From assembly GCA_026023565.1 (NCBI GenBank), contig JAPETS010000026.1, positions 372,001 through 436,000 on the forward strand: DNA of 64,000 nt. The letters are read 5' to 3'. The stretch comes from Cirrosporium novae-zelandiae (taxonomy: Eukaryota). The position numbers and the translations under genes were made by a program. The notes beneath the pieces are model-generated. The model was given only the letters and a program-made list of their open reading frames with translations. It did not search any database and had not been told where the DNA came from. This document shows, one piece after another, positions 24,444 to 37,528 of the stretch (within the stretch, counting starts at the first letter, position 1; each line of letters starts with the position of its first letter).

Positions 24444-26162
24444 CTACAGGTCAATAGGATATCTCTTCCGGATGTACTCTCCATACCGATAGAAGAGGAT
24501 CGGAACAGGACTGAAAGCTATAGAAATGAATCCCAGCAAAGAATTCCCCCAGCCAAGGCCCAATGTAGTATACATTCTCTCCCCAGCTAGTGGAAGTACA
24601 GCGCCAAAAATGCAGCGAATGACGACGTTGGCAGCCAAGACCGAAGCAGCATATTGCGGGAAGGCATCAATCAAGTAAGTTTGTATAGGGATCTATAACA
24701 CAATGTAAGGGATTCGGAAGAGCTCAGAGGGTTTGGGGGTAACTTACAAAGATGCACAACATGCCCATGCCGATGAACGACGTCCCAATAATAGGAACAA
24801 TCCAGTGAGTATGAGCTTGCGCGCTCCATCCATACCAAAAGAAGCCGATCGGTACCAACGGTGTTACATAGATTATTAACGGCAACCTGTATTCTGGCTT
24901 CATCTCTCCGTTGGCGGATAACTTCATCATCATCTTGTCGCTCAAAATTCTGAATATCAGCATCCCTAGCATCATACCGATTCCAAGGCCAAGATAAGTC
25001 AGGCCCGCGATGCCACCGGTAAAACCGTACTGTTCTTCAAAAACGAGAGTGAATGTTGATATGAGGAGAAAATTGTAACCATAAACAATGGCTCCATAAA
25101 GAGATAGCAATAGGACAATGGGAGAAAATAGGAGCAGTTTAGTAGGGCGGATGATAGCTCGCTTGAATAAAGCACCAGGGGTCAAGTCTGTATGGAACTT
25201 GGATACGAGAGAAAGATTGCCTGTTTCTTTGCGAAGGCGTATCGTCTTCCTTTGGAGAAGAGTAATAGCATATGTTTCTCTCATGCACACAAGGACTAAA
25301 ATTGAGACAGCTCCAGCCTACAACCTTGTTAGCAACAGTGAAATGGGTGATGAAGGGAAGGAAAACCATACAGCTATCGACACAACCCAGAATACCCAAC
25401 GCCAGTCCACAGCCTGAGAAAGGAATCCCCCAGCGACAGGACCGACTATTGGGCCTATTAATGGACCAACAGCAAATATTGCCATAGCAGCTCCTCTTTT
25501 TTCTTGAGGGATGACATCGGATATTGTTCCACCGCCAATTGTTACAGTTGCAGAGCCAGCGCAGCCATCAAGGAAGCGAAAGACAATCAGCATTGGGAGA
25601 TTCGAGCTCAGGGCGCAAGCCACTGTAAATATGATGAATAGGACATTGGATATGTGGTAGACAATAAGCCGGCCGTAGAGTTCCGAAAGTGGGGAAAGCA
25701 CGAGAGGGCCAAGACCAAAGCCAAGGATGTATATAGATACGACGAAGGAGGCAAGCTCGGTACTAGTGAAATCAAAGTCTTCCATCAAGTACGGAACGCC
25801 AGGGGCGAACATTGATGCATTAAGTGATCTGTGTCAATAACTAGTCAGTAAAGGATAGGAAACCAGAGATATGTAGCTGCATACGTGAGCATAGTGATAG
25901 CGCTGATTAAAAGAACATGACCATATCTTGAGGAAGCGGACCAGTTCATAGGATTTTCTGGATCATCGTCTCCGTCCCATCCTACCACGTTTGGATCGGC
26001 GGGTTCCTCCTGGGGTTCTTCTTTAGAGGTAAGATCCGCGGCCGCAGGACCACTGGAGACTCTCTCCAAGTCCTCGGTACCATCGATTTGTTTTACTACG
26101 CCATTGGAAGAACCGAGGCTTTCGCAAGAGGTGTCGACTTCACCTGGGCTTGGTGGCATCAT
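24444..26162 (-). CDS. MFS multidrug transporter, DHA1-like (drug:H+ antiporter, 12 TM); 4 exons
   Basis: '[17 protein letters not shown]', motif A '[14 protein letters not shown]', '[15 protein letters not shown]', 'WRWVFW', 'ETYA', 'PEYRL', '[13 protein letters not shown]'. Confidence 0.92.
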
Positions 26163-27017
26163 GCTGGCCGTAGATGATAAAATATCGGACTTGTGATAAA
26201 TTTCTGGTGAAAAGAAGATGAAAGAAATAAAGATGAAATAGTAAAAGAATTAAAATGAGAGAATTGAGGTTAATCAAATAACAACGAGAGACAGCCAGCA
26301 CCTGGATGTTGATATATAAACAGAATACATCATAAAGATTACAAGGGACGGACGTAAATATGTGGCCGAAGACAAAACAACAAGTTAGAGCCGGAGATGA
26401 TACCCATTTCCTCCGCTTTGTGGTATCTAAAGTCATTTCCTAAAATGAACAAAATTGATATACAATCCATACTGAATGCTTAGAATGCTCTCAAGCAGCG
26501 GGGTGAGAACGGAGCATCGGAGCGGAGGGTCGGCTTCGGGCGAAGAAATATTAGATTTGTCGGTGTTGGTTGGCACGTGATTGGGTAAAAAATCTTAAAA
26601 GTAACGGCCTTAACCAGCATGCCAGTCAGGGGCTAAGAATCTTGAACTTCATGAACTGCTCAGCGTTATTCTTCTTTCATGTCTCAACTCCTCAAATATG
26701 TTAAATCACACCGTGTCGCCACACTACTCATGGCCATTTTCAATTTGATGCCTAAGATTAGATTAAAGATATCTTTCTTAACCCCGGTTCTCTAGAAGAA
26801 AATCCTTGGATGACTTTGGTCGAACATGGCCGAAGTTACACAGAAAATGATTTATATTCAGCTTGCCGCAATTAGAGCTGGGGTGTAACAGCTTTGTGCA
26901 TCTACGATAGGCCTCAGCCTTTAAGTACCTCTGACACGACGGCTGAGAGTGAACGTTTAACAGCCTGATTATTTATTCCTTTCTCTGTCTTGTAGAACCA
27001 TTGTGCTATTGATAATC

Positions 27018-27464
27018 ATGGCATCATTTGAAAAAGTGGAACAACCCCAAGTCGTATACAATGACGAGCCGAAATATCTCGTGGAGCATGTTTCTGGCCT
27101 GCCGGAGGTGGCGAACGATGATGATAAATATGTTACGGGCCATGGGGTGTCGACTGGTAAGGAGGTTCTAGCACCTGATTACCACGAAAACTTGAAACAT
27201 AAGAGAATCTATGAGATGCGGCGAAAAGTATTTTGTTGGTTGGTTGTAATTGCAATGGTTTTCATAGGAGGAGCGATAGGGGGTGGCATAGGAGGGGCTT
27301 GGGCAACAAAGAAGTCCAATTCAACCCCTGAGATGGAAGTAGCAAATAAGTATGTCTTGCCCGTCAAATACTCGTGATATGATGAAATTAAACCTCGTTT
27401 TAGAACGTTGAATGCTACGCCCACGTCAACGTTCAGTTCTGCTGCTACCATGATTATTAAATAG
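27018..27464 (+). CDS. Small single-pass membrane protein (GxxxG-rich TM)
   Basis: Exon 27018-27349, intron GTATGT...TAG 27350-27403, exon to TAG at 27464. TM segment 'VFCWLVVIAMVFIGGAIGGGIGGAW' follows RRK. Confidence 0.6.
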
Positions 27465-27989
27465 ATAAACACTCAAATTTCCTGCAGCAACCAAAGGTTT
27501 GAACCCTTAGTCCTAGTTACAGCCTGTATAATTGTCTAATAATGTATACGTAAGACAAACATAAACATGGTCTAATTTTTGGAATATTCACTGGCTGAGT
27601 ACCAGGAATGTCTCTCTTCTTATTCATTCTTCTAACGATAACACTGACATTATTCATCACATAAGGAGTACCAACTATTGAAATTCTAAACCATCATTTT
27701 TGTAGCCCAGGGGAATCCAACAAAAGAAAATGCAAAAAATTCATAACGCTTGTTTGGGTTCTCACGTAAAAAACTTCAAATGTGAATCCCACAAATCCGA
27801 ATATCTACCCCACAAAACAAAAAGCTGGATCTCATATATTAGTCTATACCAGACTTGAATAGCTGGCTTTGTATTTCCAATGTGGATTATTAGTACAACG
27901 CTCTAACCAACAGAGTCAATGGACTGTCTATTGTTGAAGGGATCCACAATAGTATATTTGATTTGGACCGGCGGCGATGGGCCCATGAC

Positions 27990-29051
27990 TCAAACGTCAA
28001 CATTGGTTGAGGTAGAGGCGTATTTCTCGGTATATGGTTTCTTTCCGTGAGATGATTCTCGCATTTGTGGGAAACAGAATCCTGGATGGAAGAGCGTAAA
28101 AGCCAGGGTGGCCGCGGTAATCATACTACGTGGACGTTAGTATAAGGGATAATAGTGGGTTGTGGAGAATTCTTACACTCCCTCAAGGGCGATAAAACCA
28201 GTTTCATCTTGCATGATATCATTTCTCCAGCCTCCAGCCATTTCAGCAATACTGTACAATTCTATTAGCATGTTGATGAAATAAATCCAGGCAGAATGGT
28301 GGCATACCGATAGACACATCGAACAAAGATAGTGATGTAGGCAACGATAAGGCTAGAAATGAAGAGCTTGAATTTGCGGTCGCTAAGGAGTGCTTTTGCA
28401 CTTTCGTCCAACTCATGGCGGTGACGGCGTACAGGAAGATAGTAGGCAATGCTAAGCGCCGCAAAGGCAAATAGTGTGATCACTTGCCAAATAATACCGG
28501 TCAACATGATATCGGTACCAATGTCGGAGGCGCTTTGAGTATCCGCAGAGGCAGCGATTCCTCCACCAGCACCTTGGAGGCACAGTGAAAGAAGATCGCA
28601 AGAGATAAAGATCCAAGTATAGAGTCTTGCTTTGATGAATGAATATTCCTCACCAAAGGCAATGACGAGATGTTTCAACGTGAGATAGAGTGCTGCAGAC
28701 ATGAAGGCGGGTGCGATAGTGAGACAGCAAATTTGCATTTCAAATCCCACATCTGAAAATACATTGTTGTTCAGTAGGATTCTGCCAAAATATCCTAGAA
28801 ATAGTTAATAAACAAACCCCACAAGAAAAACAAGCCCTAAACGTACCTATGGCTTCTGTAAGACAGCCAAGTGTCATTGCAATCATAAATGTCCATAAAC
28901 GCCATTTTAGCCCTTGGATGATTTGAGCAATGAGGGCGGCAGCGAAGAATCCGAGAAAGAAGGCATTCGCTGCAAGATTTGGGACATATCCGTATATGCT
29001 CGCTTCAACAGGGCACTCGGGAGTGACATCGGTGCATTCAATTTCGCCCAT
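27990..29051 (-). CDS. RTA1-like (lipid-translocating exporter family) 7-TM protein; 4 exons
   Basis: 'CPVEASIYGYVPNLAAN', 'CLTIAPAFMSAALY', 'FISCDLLSLCLQGAGGGIA', 'RCVYR', and a C-terminal 'LFHPG' in the last exon, ending TGA at 27990. Confidence 0.9.
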
Positions 29052-30328
29052 GGTGATTTGCTATCGATGATGGCTATTGGAAATAAGGGGGAATGAACTG
29101 GTGTTGGCAAAGGAAAGAGGGAGTTCAAAAGAAAAGAAGAAATATATTTTAGTAGTTGTTGGTGAAGAAGAAGATGAGAATGATGATACACCAAAGGAGG
29201 CAAGAGAAGTTCTTATAGACAAGATGGATTCAGCATCTTCTCAATTGACATTTTAGAGCGGAGGATGATATGTACGGCCGTATAGGCGTAGACGATATCA
29301 AAGTTAGAAATCTGTCCCACCGTCCCCGCGTCCCTGAGAAGGACTGGGATAGACACATGGTTGAATCGATGGCGCAGCAATGATTTAGTGACCATGGACG
29401 AATTATGAAAGGTTTTAGGGTTATGTTCTCATAGACTACCTCTTTAGGGAAGATATGAGAAGTGAATTTCCATAAAATGGACGAATGGATGGATGTGATG
29501 ATTATGCATGAATAAATGGGAGCCTAAATCTTGAAGATAACGACAGTAGGGCTTAGTGAGTGTTAACCTAAAGAGGAAGACTTTGAGGAAGGGAGTTGAG
29601 TCCTTGACGACATTAAGCGAACTAAAGTCTACTGTAATTACAATCTGGGTGCCTGAATTCCCAATTCCCAATTCTTTCCAGCCTTGATTTCGTCTGAAAC
29701 AATACGGCCGTATGGTTAAAAGCTTGGCGGCTCCTTCATGGCCTTTTATAGCCCCAAGGATAGCCCGAAGGATGAAAGTCCTTGATCTTGGTGTCAGAGA
29801 CCTGTCTTGCTGTATCGGCTACGGTCGTAAAAACCACGTGCCGTCCCCGTTCCACTCCACTCACCTTCTATTTCTTCCACTACGACTTCGTATAAGCAAC
29901 GTATGGCCTGCCAACAACTTGGAATAAAAGCTTAACCAGACGCAATGTTCAATTCTATCGTCAGTGCTTGATAACCAGACCCACCATAACAAACCTGGTG
30001 GCTTTTCCAGGCAGAAACATTTCTTGATGGATTTTCATCGTCATACTCATGTCCAACTCATGTCCTCGTCCTTAAGGCAGGCGGAGCACCTTGGCATTCC
30101 ATTTCCGTTTGTCGTGGAGCAATTGCTCAGATAAAATATGATTTTGTGTTCCTTATTTTTCTCTATGGCTAATTAATAAGTTAATTGCTTGCTCATCAAT
30201 CCACAATGAACATCATTTTCAAAGATTGGTTTTTTTTTTCTTTTTTTCACTTTCTTTTTTCACTTACATAAGAATATGTACTCGTCTGTTGTAATTGAAT
30301 TTCTGGGTATTGCCTGATATGATTAATC

Positions 30329-32189
30329 ATGGTGCACACTGGGAAGCCAAGTCGAGCGTGTCAACCTTGTAAAAGCCGACATATTAGGGTACGTACTTTT
30401 CCCCATGAACTCCAAAACCAGCTCATCTCAACACTTACTTCTTTAGTGCGATGAATCAACCCCCGCTTGCAACAACTGTGTTAGATCCGGTCGAATATGC
30501 CCTGGTTATAAGAGCGAATTCGATCTAGTGCTACGAGACCAAAATGCTGTGGCCCATAATAATGTCCAACGAAGACTGAGGAAGCAACAGAAGAAACGTG
30601 ATGATAGAAGAGTTGTCCCACAGAAAGAATTCAAAGGGGTGGGGAAGAGTACATCCATACCGACACTCCCAACATCCATTTCGATTTCGAAGGAGTTTGA
30701 AGCTATTTGCTTCCTCTTTACTCGTTATATTTTGGTTCAAAGGGATCCAGGGACGCGTACCGGCTTCCTAGAATTCCTTCCACCTCTCTACGCCAAATCA
30801 AACCCTAGTTCTTCTTTATCCACCACTACCTCTGCTCTAGCTCTCAGTATAATGGAAGCTTGGACGAGTGGGAATGGAACTTTGCATACTCCTGTTGGAC
30901 TGGCGAATGCTACTTTCGGTAAAGCGTTATCTTTGACAAGAGCTGCTCTCAACAACCCCGAAACAAGGAAGACAGATGATACTCTTATGACAATCTTAAT
31001 TCTGGGAATGCATGAGGTTAGTCCTACCCTAGAAAAATATTCTTTTACAAATTCCTACATTTTAAGTGCGCATATCTTAGCTTGTTATTAAACTACAGAG
31101 CAAATGCTGAACGATGAACTATTTATAACAATACCTTGGCTAATATCAACTCAGAGGCTCACTGCAAGATTGCAATCCAGATTACCGTCTCTGACTCATT
31201 ATGAAGGAGCTTTGGCACTTATCGAGCATCGAGGAGATTTCCAATACAATGATGACCTTTCCAAAAGATTATTGATTGCCATTCGTAGTCAACATGTGCG
31301 TCTGGCCCTTTCATCGAAGCAAAGTAATTCGATTCTACGAAGCAGGCACCGGCTAAACCAATCCACAATATAGGTTGTATATGCATTCGAGAAAGGCGAA
31401 CCTGTCAGCCGAGAATCCGCCATATGGAAAGACCCTCCAGATATGCCTGAAAATGCCGCTATCCAGCAGATCTCTCTTTCAGCAGACGCTGCCGACCTGC
31501 AAACTCGGATGGAGCACATGTTTATGAAGGCAGACATGCATACCGAAAACCTTGACCAAACTCTTGTTGAGCTCCTAGAGCATGCATACGCGCTTGATGC
31601 CCGCCTGGTAAATTGGTCTTTCTCACTACCGTCATCATGGCTTCCTATAAAGGTTTTCGATGTCAACATCCCCGACAGCGTCAAGCAAGCTGGTCTTTAC
31701 GGCAAAACCTGCGATGTCTATCTGGACATATGGATGGCAACCAGCTGGAATCATCACAGACAATCCCGAATAATAATCCAATCCATCATCCTGCAATGCA
31801 TCTCGTTGCTTCCAGCCGCATCGACGCTCTACAGTCCCCAACTCACCCGCTCCGTCATCCAAGAAATGGCCGATGGCATCTGCGACAGCGTTCCTTTTCT
31901 ATTAGGAAACAGGACCAGGTTTGGATCCACCGGCCAAGAGATCGAGACCATCTTGCCAGAACACCAAAAATCAGCAACGGATCTCGGAGGTTGGTTGTTT
32001 CTGGTAACGCTGAAACGTATGGTCGAAGATAGGCTACCCCTCCGAGAAGGTCAATATGATTGGATGCAACAGCAGCTAGAGAGACTTGAGAAAATATTCT
32101 TTATTAGAAAAAATGAATCGTCGTCAACTCCATCAGAATCATCAACATCATCATCACTCAACTCGCTGATATTTCTTAATAGCTTTTGA
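30329..32189 (+). CDS. Zn(II)2Cys6 transcription factor; 4 exons
   Basis: 'MVHTGKPSRACQPCKSRHIR|CDESTPACNNCVRSGRICPGY' (intron 30389-30446); downstream exons include 'DDTLMTILILGMHE', 'HYEGALALIEHRG' and 'ICDSVPFLLG'. Confidence 0.9.
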
Positions 32190-34336
32190 CCAATAAGCAT
32201 TCCCATCTCTCTCCGAATCCATCAACCAACTGAAAGCCAAAACCACATCCCCTTGGACAATACCAATACTAGCAAAATGCAACATGTAGGATTTATGCAA
32301 CCGTTCCACCTACCTACCGTCAAACCAAGGATCTCTAGACTCTCCTGAGGGAAAGAATGGAATAAAATAGGATAGAGTGGACGGAATAACCAAATCAGTC
32401 AAAGGAGAAAGGAAGATCCTCAACCTCAACCTCGCACCAATTCATGCAGGGCGAGAAAAAATTCACCACCCTACTACTACAACCACCATTACTATTGCCG
32501 AAACACCTCAAACCCCTTAACCTTAACCATTATCCTCATCTCCCTCGCCTGCCATTCTATAACTGCTTACTTCTAATCCCAATCCCACTAATATCGCTAC
32601 AACCTCTCGAAACGAAGAAAAAGATGGGAAAAGGGGGTTGGGGGGATAAACGTATATCCTCCACTCTCCACTCCATCCCATTCCATCCTATATCATAGGG
32701 TCTAAGAGTGCGAGTGAAAGCAAAAAATCAAACAAGCTAGAACAATCCAGAAACGGTATAATATACATTACATCCCCCCCCCTTTTCCTCTCTTTTAACT
32801 TTTTTTAGAGAGGAACCCCAAATCCAAATCCAAATCCAAGTCCAACCGATCAATCAATAACACTAGGATTTCTCATAATGATGATGACGACGACTGGACT
32901 GCACCGAACCTATCAGATCGGATCGATCGGACCAGATAGGTTTTTAAAATATGGAATAGATAATAGACTATAAATTTATAGAGAAAGAGAGGGGAAGGGC
33001 CAAGAAACATAAATAGAAAAAGGGGTTGCTCTTACGACGCAGCCAGGTTAGATATAGACTAGATCCTAACACTAGATCCTAACACTACATACAGTAGGTG
33101 TCCGCTCAAGTAATTAGCAAATATCCCACGTCCTTTTTGGCTTAGTTAGGAGAGAGAAGAGAGAAGAGAGAGAGAGAGAGTGTGTGTATGTGTGTGTTGG
33201 CTTGCCTTGAAAGAGTTGGATAAACACATGAATTAAAAAAATAATATAAATAAAAATCCCGTTCTCTTTATCCTCCCTCCAACTTCCTCCCCCTCCTCCT
33301 TTTTTCCTCTTTCCAATCCCTATCCCTATCCCTACCCCCCACCCCCTCAAGTCCCCCAAAAGGAAAAAAAAAAAAAAATCACCCAACACAACACCTACAG
33401 TACCACACTACCGACACTCAATCTCTTCCTCGTATATATGTTTCCATTTTTTTGTTACTTGTTAATGAGAAAGGGCAAGGCAAAGGCAAATAAACACTCT
33501 TATCTACCTACTGTAACTACCTAATCAAAGCCAAAGGCCGAAAGAGAGATATGGAATAATTAGGATAATTATCCGCCATCTAGGTACTTGGGCGGATATC
33601 TACGGAGTGTTACAGTGTAATAGTGTTAGGATGGATGTATAAAACCTGACTGTGCTCTAACACTTTTATTTTTTTTTTTTTTACAGCCTTACTTTATTCT
33701 AGCACACCTACACAGACACACTTTCAAACTCTCACTCACACATCTTCATTCTTAGAATTTCTAGCATTCCTAGCATTCCTAGCGTACCTACAGCACATAC
33801 GCTAGCTACATATCCATATCCATAGACATATCCATATCCATAGACATATTATATCCATAGACATATCACATCAGCATCCTCAAATTCCAGATGCTCAAAT
33901 CCCCAAACGCCAAAAATCCACGAAGCCCAGGTTTAAACCAGCTCCATCCCACGCTATTTTTTCCTTGGTAGTAGTCAATACCGGACTAACCTACCAACCA
34001 TCCATCCATTCTATGCTTATAATCATTGATTCTTCATTCATGCCAAAGAGGGGGGTGGCGAAGGGGGGGGTATCAATCGTTTCGTCTCATATCTATTCCT
34101 ATTCCATGCTCCGTTTGTGGGATCCTGTCCATGCTAATGATTTTTTTGATGTTTGGGGGTTTTTTTTGGAAAGGCTCGTTTTCCATGCGCACCTGCACAT
34201 TTTTGTAACTCAAGTTGAAGTAAAAGAGAACTTGGTTGCAAAGTTAGGTAGCCGATAACAATCATATGTAACTTTCGACTAGCTGGCCCTTCAAAGAAAT
34301 AAAGCTTCTCGAATAAAACATCTTCAATATAGCGGG

Positions 34337-35647
34337 TCACTTTAAAACACCAAATTGACTTCCAAAATTAAGACTTCGCCTCATCTTTAACTTGGGTTCT
34401 GGTTCTTCATCGATACCGGTGCTGTCGCTGAATGGAGATAGGTTTTCGGCTCCATGAAGCTTCTTCACATCTTCTACAATTGCCTCTTCTGACTTCTGGA
34501 CTTCTTCTAAAAGCTTTCTGTCGAGATTTTTAAGGAACTCTGAATCTTCGTCCGTCTTATTGATGAGTCCAAGGGGTCCTTCAAGTGCCTTGTCCTCGTC
34601 GATAACATCGACAGCAGGAAAGTAAGAATCGGAAATTTCACGAGGTCGCCTTACAGGATGCAAGTGGCTTTGCTCTGGTATTGGTGGGTTTGCATCAGGG
34701 GTTTTTGAATCCTCGGATGCGAGATCAGATAAACTGACCCCCATTTTCGTCGCTATAGGGGTATGCCCAGCATGCATGGTCAGATTAGATTCATTAGCTC
34801 TGGATACATCGAGTCGCGTAGGGATTGGCTTTTCTCGTGGTTGAACAGTAGGTGATGGTGATGAGGCGTTGGACGATTCTAGAATGCTCTCTATGATTTG
34901 AGGGGGTAGCTTATCAACCACTTCAGGATGAAGTGCAGTGGATTTCAAAATGATGCCATCAAGTCGTTTATCAACCATTCCACCTGGGACAGGAACACTG
35001 CTCGAGATGGCAGGCGCAGTTGGTGAGAGTGACTCCAAATGAGGAGCCAATAACCTTTCTTCTGGGATCGTAGGTGGAAACCTGAGTTCCTTTTTATCGT
35101 CCGGGAATACTCTCGTTGGTTCAGTAAACCTTGGCAAAGGGGCAATTGCGGGAGTGAATCCCCCATCAAGACCAAATCCACTCTGAAAACTCGAACCTCT
35201 CGGATTCCCCAAACTACTGGATGATATACTGGAAAGACTTCCAAATCTTTCCTGAACAGGAGACGACTTCTTCAATAGCGCTTCCAATTCTACAATACGT
35301 GCAATAAGCGATCGACGTTCAGTATACCACAGTCTGCGTTCTTTCTTAAAAGTAGCCCTTTCATGATCAAATGTATCGCGAAGATCATCCAAGTAACCAT
35401 GCCACTCATCGGTGTACGCTCGTATGTCCGGGTCCGAAAGACGAGGTGCGGTTGGCGCCGCCGAGGCGGTTGATCGCTTAGGCATTTCACTTGCAGAGCT
35501 CACTTTCTCGAGCATAGGTAGATCAGGGGAGTCTTCGGTGGTTATTCCACAATCATAATTTGTCTTGACAACAGGATAAAATGTTTTAGGATTATAAATT
35601 GCAGGTGTCGGCTCGAAGGCCATCGGAGGTGACTTGGGCGGCATCAT
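34337..35647 (-). CDS. Hypothetical Pro/Ser-rich protein with a coiled-coil segment
   Basis: Long uninterrupted ORF. Likely start ACCACC-ATG-ATG at 35647, downstream of a 5'UTR intron (GTAAGT 35772 ... CAG 35675). Helical segment 'LRDTFDHERATFKKERRLWYTERRSLIARIVELE'; C-terminus 'LKMRRSLNFGSQFG'. Confidence 0.8.
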   Translation of the reverse strand: MMPPKSPPMAFEPTPAIYNPKTFYPVVKTNYDCGITTEDSPDLPMLEKVSSASEMPKRSTASAAPTAPRLSDPDIRAYTDEWHGYLDDLRDTFDHERATFKKERRLWYTERRSLIARIVELEALLKKSSPVQERFGSLSSISSSSLGNPRGSSFQSGFGLDGGFTPAIAPLPRFTEPTRVFPDDKKELRFPPTIPEERLLAPHLESLSPTAPAISSSVPVPGGMVDKRLDGIILKSTALHPEVVDKLPPQIIESILESSNASSPSPTVQPREKPIPTRLDVSRANESNLTMHAGHTPIATKMGVSLSDLASEDSKTPDANPPIPEQSHLHPVRRPREISDSYFPAVDVIDEDKALEGPLGLINKTDEDSEFLKNLDRKLLEEVQKSEEAIVEDVKKLHGAENLSPFSDSTGIDEEPEPKLKMRRSLNFGSQFGVLK

Positions 35648-37528
35648 GGTGGTATTCAACAGAATATTCAACAACTGGTAATTAAAAGTTAGCATGTGAG
35701 GATAGAAATATATTATTATGATTGGGAAACTCGGACACGACTGTCGCAAAAGAGATATCTCTGTATACTTACTTGGTGGTTGTTTAATAACAGACGAGCA
35801 GTCACATGAGTCGATGGTGAGTACAGGTCAAGTTTTCGCGATGGTGGAATGACGGTGAATTGGTGAATGGAGGACTCGATTATGTAGAGACATCCGGTTA
35901 ATAAGGATGATTAAGGGAGAAACCAGGTGACATGAAACTCTATGGTGCACACACAGATGAAACGAAGAGGTTCTGGTCTTGGAAAGTCCTTCCAAAGCAG
36001 AAATAGAGAATGAGATGGGATTAGAAAGTATATAGGTTTATTCAGAATAGGCAAGGCAATGTAGTCTATGTAGTTCTTCAAACTCTTTTCATGACGCGCC
36101 TCCCCTCCCTCAGTTTATCAACCGAAATGGCGGTATTCGCTAATTGTTCGTTAAGACCGGGGAAGGCATTACCCCTGAAGGCCTTGTACGGGATACTCTG
36201 ATTGGCTGAAATCTTTTAACTTTGTCATTAAGGTCTCCGCTCCTTCCCGTTCCTGAAAGCCGGATGCGATTGCCTTGATATAATCCACTTAAGCCAATTA
36301 TTAACAACCACACAACACCCGAGAGACACCTCATCCTGCATATAAAAAATACATCCCATACCGAAAGTGAAAAAAAATGATAAACAAAAACTTTGATAAT
36401 TTTCTACTTTTGTATGTGTTGGCAGAAAATCCCTCGTAAATTACTTTTCTTTCATTACTCAACCTACCTACTGTAACCCCCCCCCCATCAGCCTACAGCA
36501 GTAACTTGACTAGATTTTCTCCCTGTTGTCCATCCAAGTGTGAATGGCCTGACAAGTAACCCACCATAAGGCCGGCAGGGCTTTCATATATGAATAGCTA
36601 TCGCTGAATGGTTGTGATGCAAAACGTGTGCCTTAAAGTCAATCTACATTTCACATGAAGACCCGCCCGTTTGGCTCTGGACCGCATGTACTCTATCAAA
36701 GCTATTCGCGCTATTCGTGCTATTCGTGCTATTAGTAGGTACAGTACAGTACATGTAGCTAGTTATCATTTCCACTGTGCCGGCTGAGAATAAAACAGGT
36801 CAAGCCAATGCTACTGAACAAAAAAAAGGTACAAGATACATGTAACAATCAACTGTCTTTGCACGTGAAATCTTGATGCATTCTCTCTACCAGAGTGGAT
36901 CGAGGCTGCCTGTGATAGATTTCGATTCTCTTCTTGCAGCTGGCCTAAAACTGTACAGTAGTTCAAACACACACGGCTTTTGCCATAAAAATCTGGATCC
37001 TCTCAAATCCCTTTAGAACATGGATGACGAAGACTCTCCCCATGGATTATATTTATTTATTAATCTATCCAGCATGAACCTTCGTTACATGTCATAGGAT
37101 TCTAGTGAAACACCACGTTTTCATAACAAAAGGTTCCAGCGCACCTTGAAACTCTACTCCGCAAGACACCTCAGGATCCGATCGTCAGCTCGCCACTTCA
37201 CTTAGACTAAAAGATTTTCTAATCATAAAACATACTCCAAACGTAGTTTTGCAAATAATGAACATCAAAGGATTCTTTGATGCTCAAAGGACCAAGAATG
37301 GAAAAGATGGATTTTCCCCGCTGCGGAGTAGTGTGATGATAAAAGTAAGCAAATACGAATCTTATCACCTGAACAATTTGTAGATCATCGAGTCCAATCA
37401 AGGATGACTTGGTTACTACCTAGGTATATAGCGAGGTACATTGATATATAACTCGACACTTTTAAGCCAAAACAGCCCCCACCATCATCATTAATTCATC
37501 CTATCTAGCCGCGTCAACCCACCCCACC

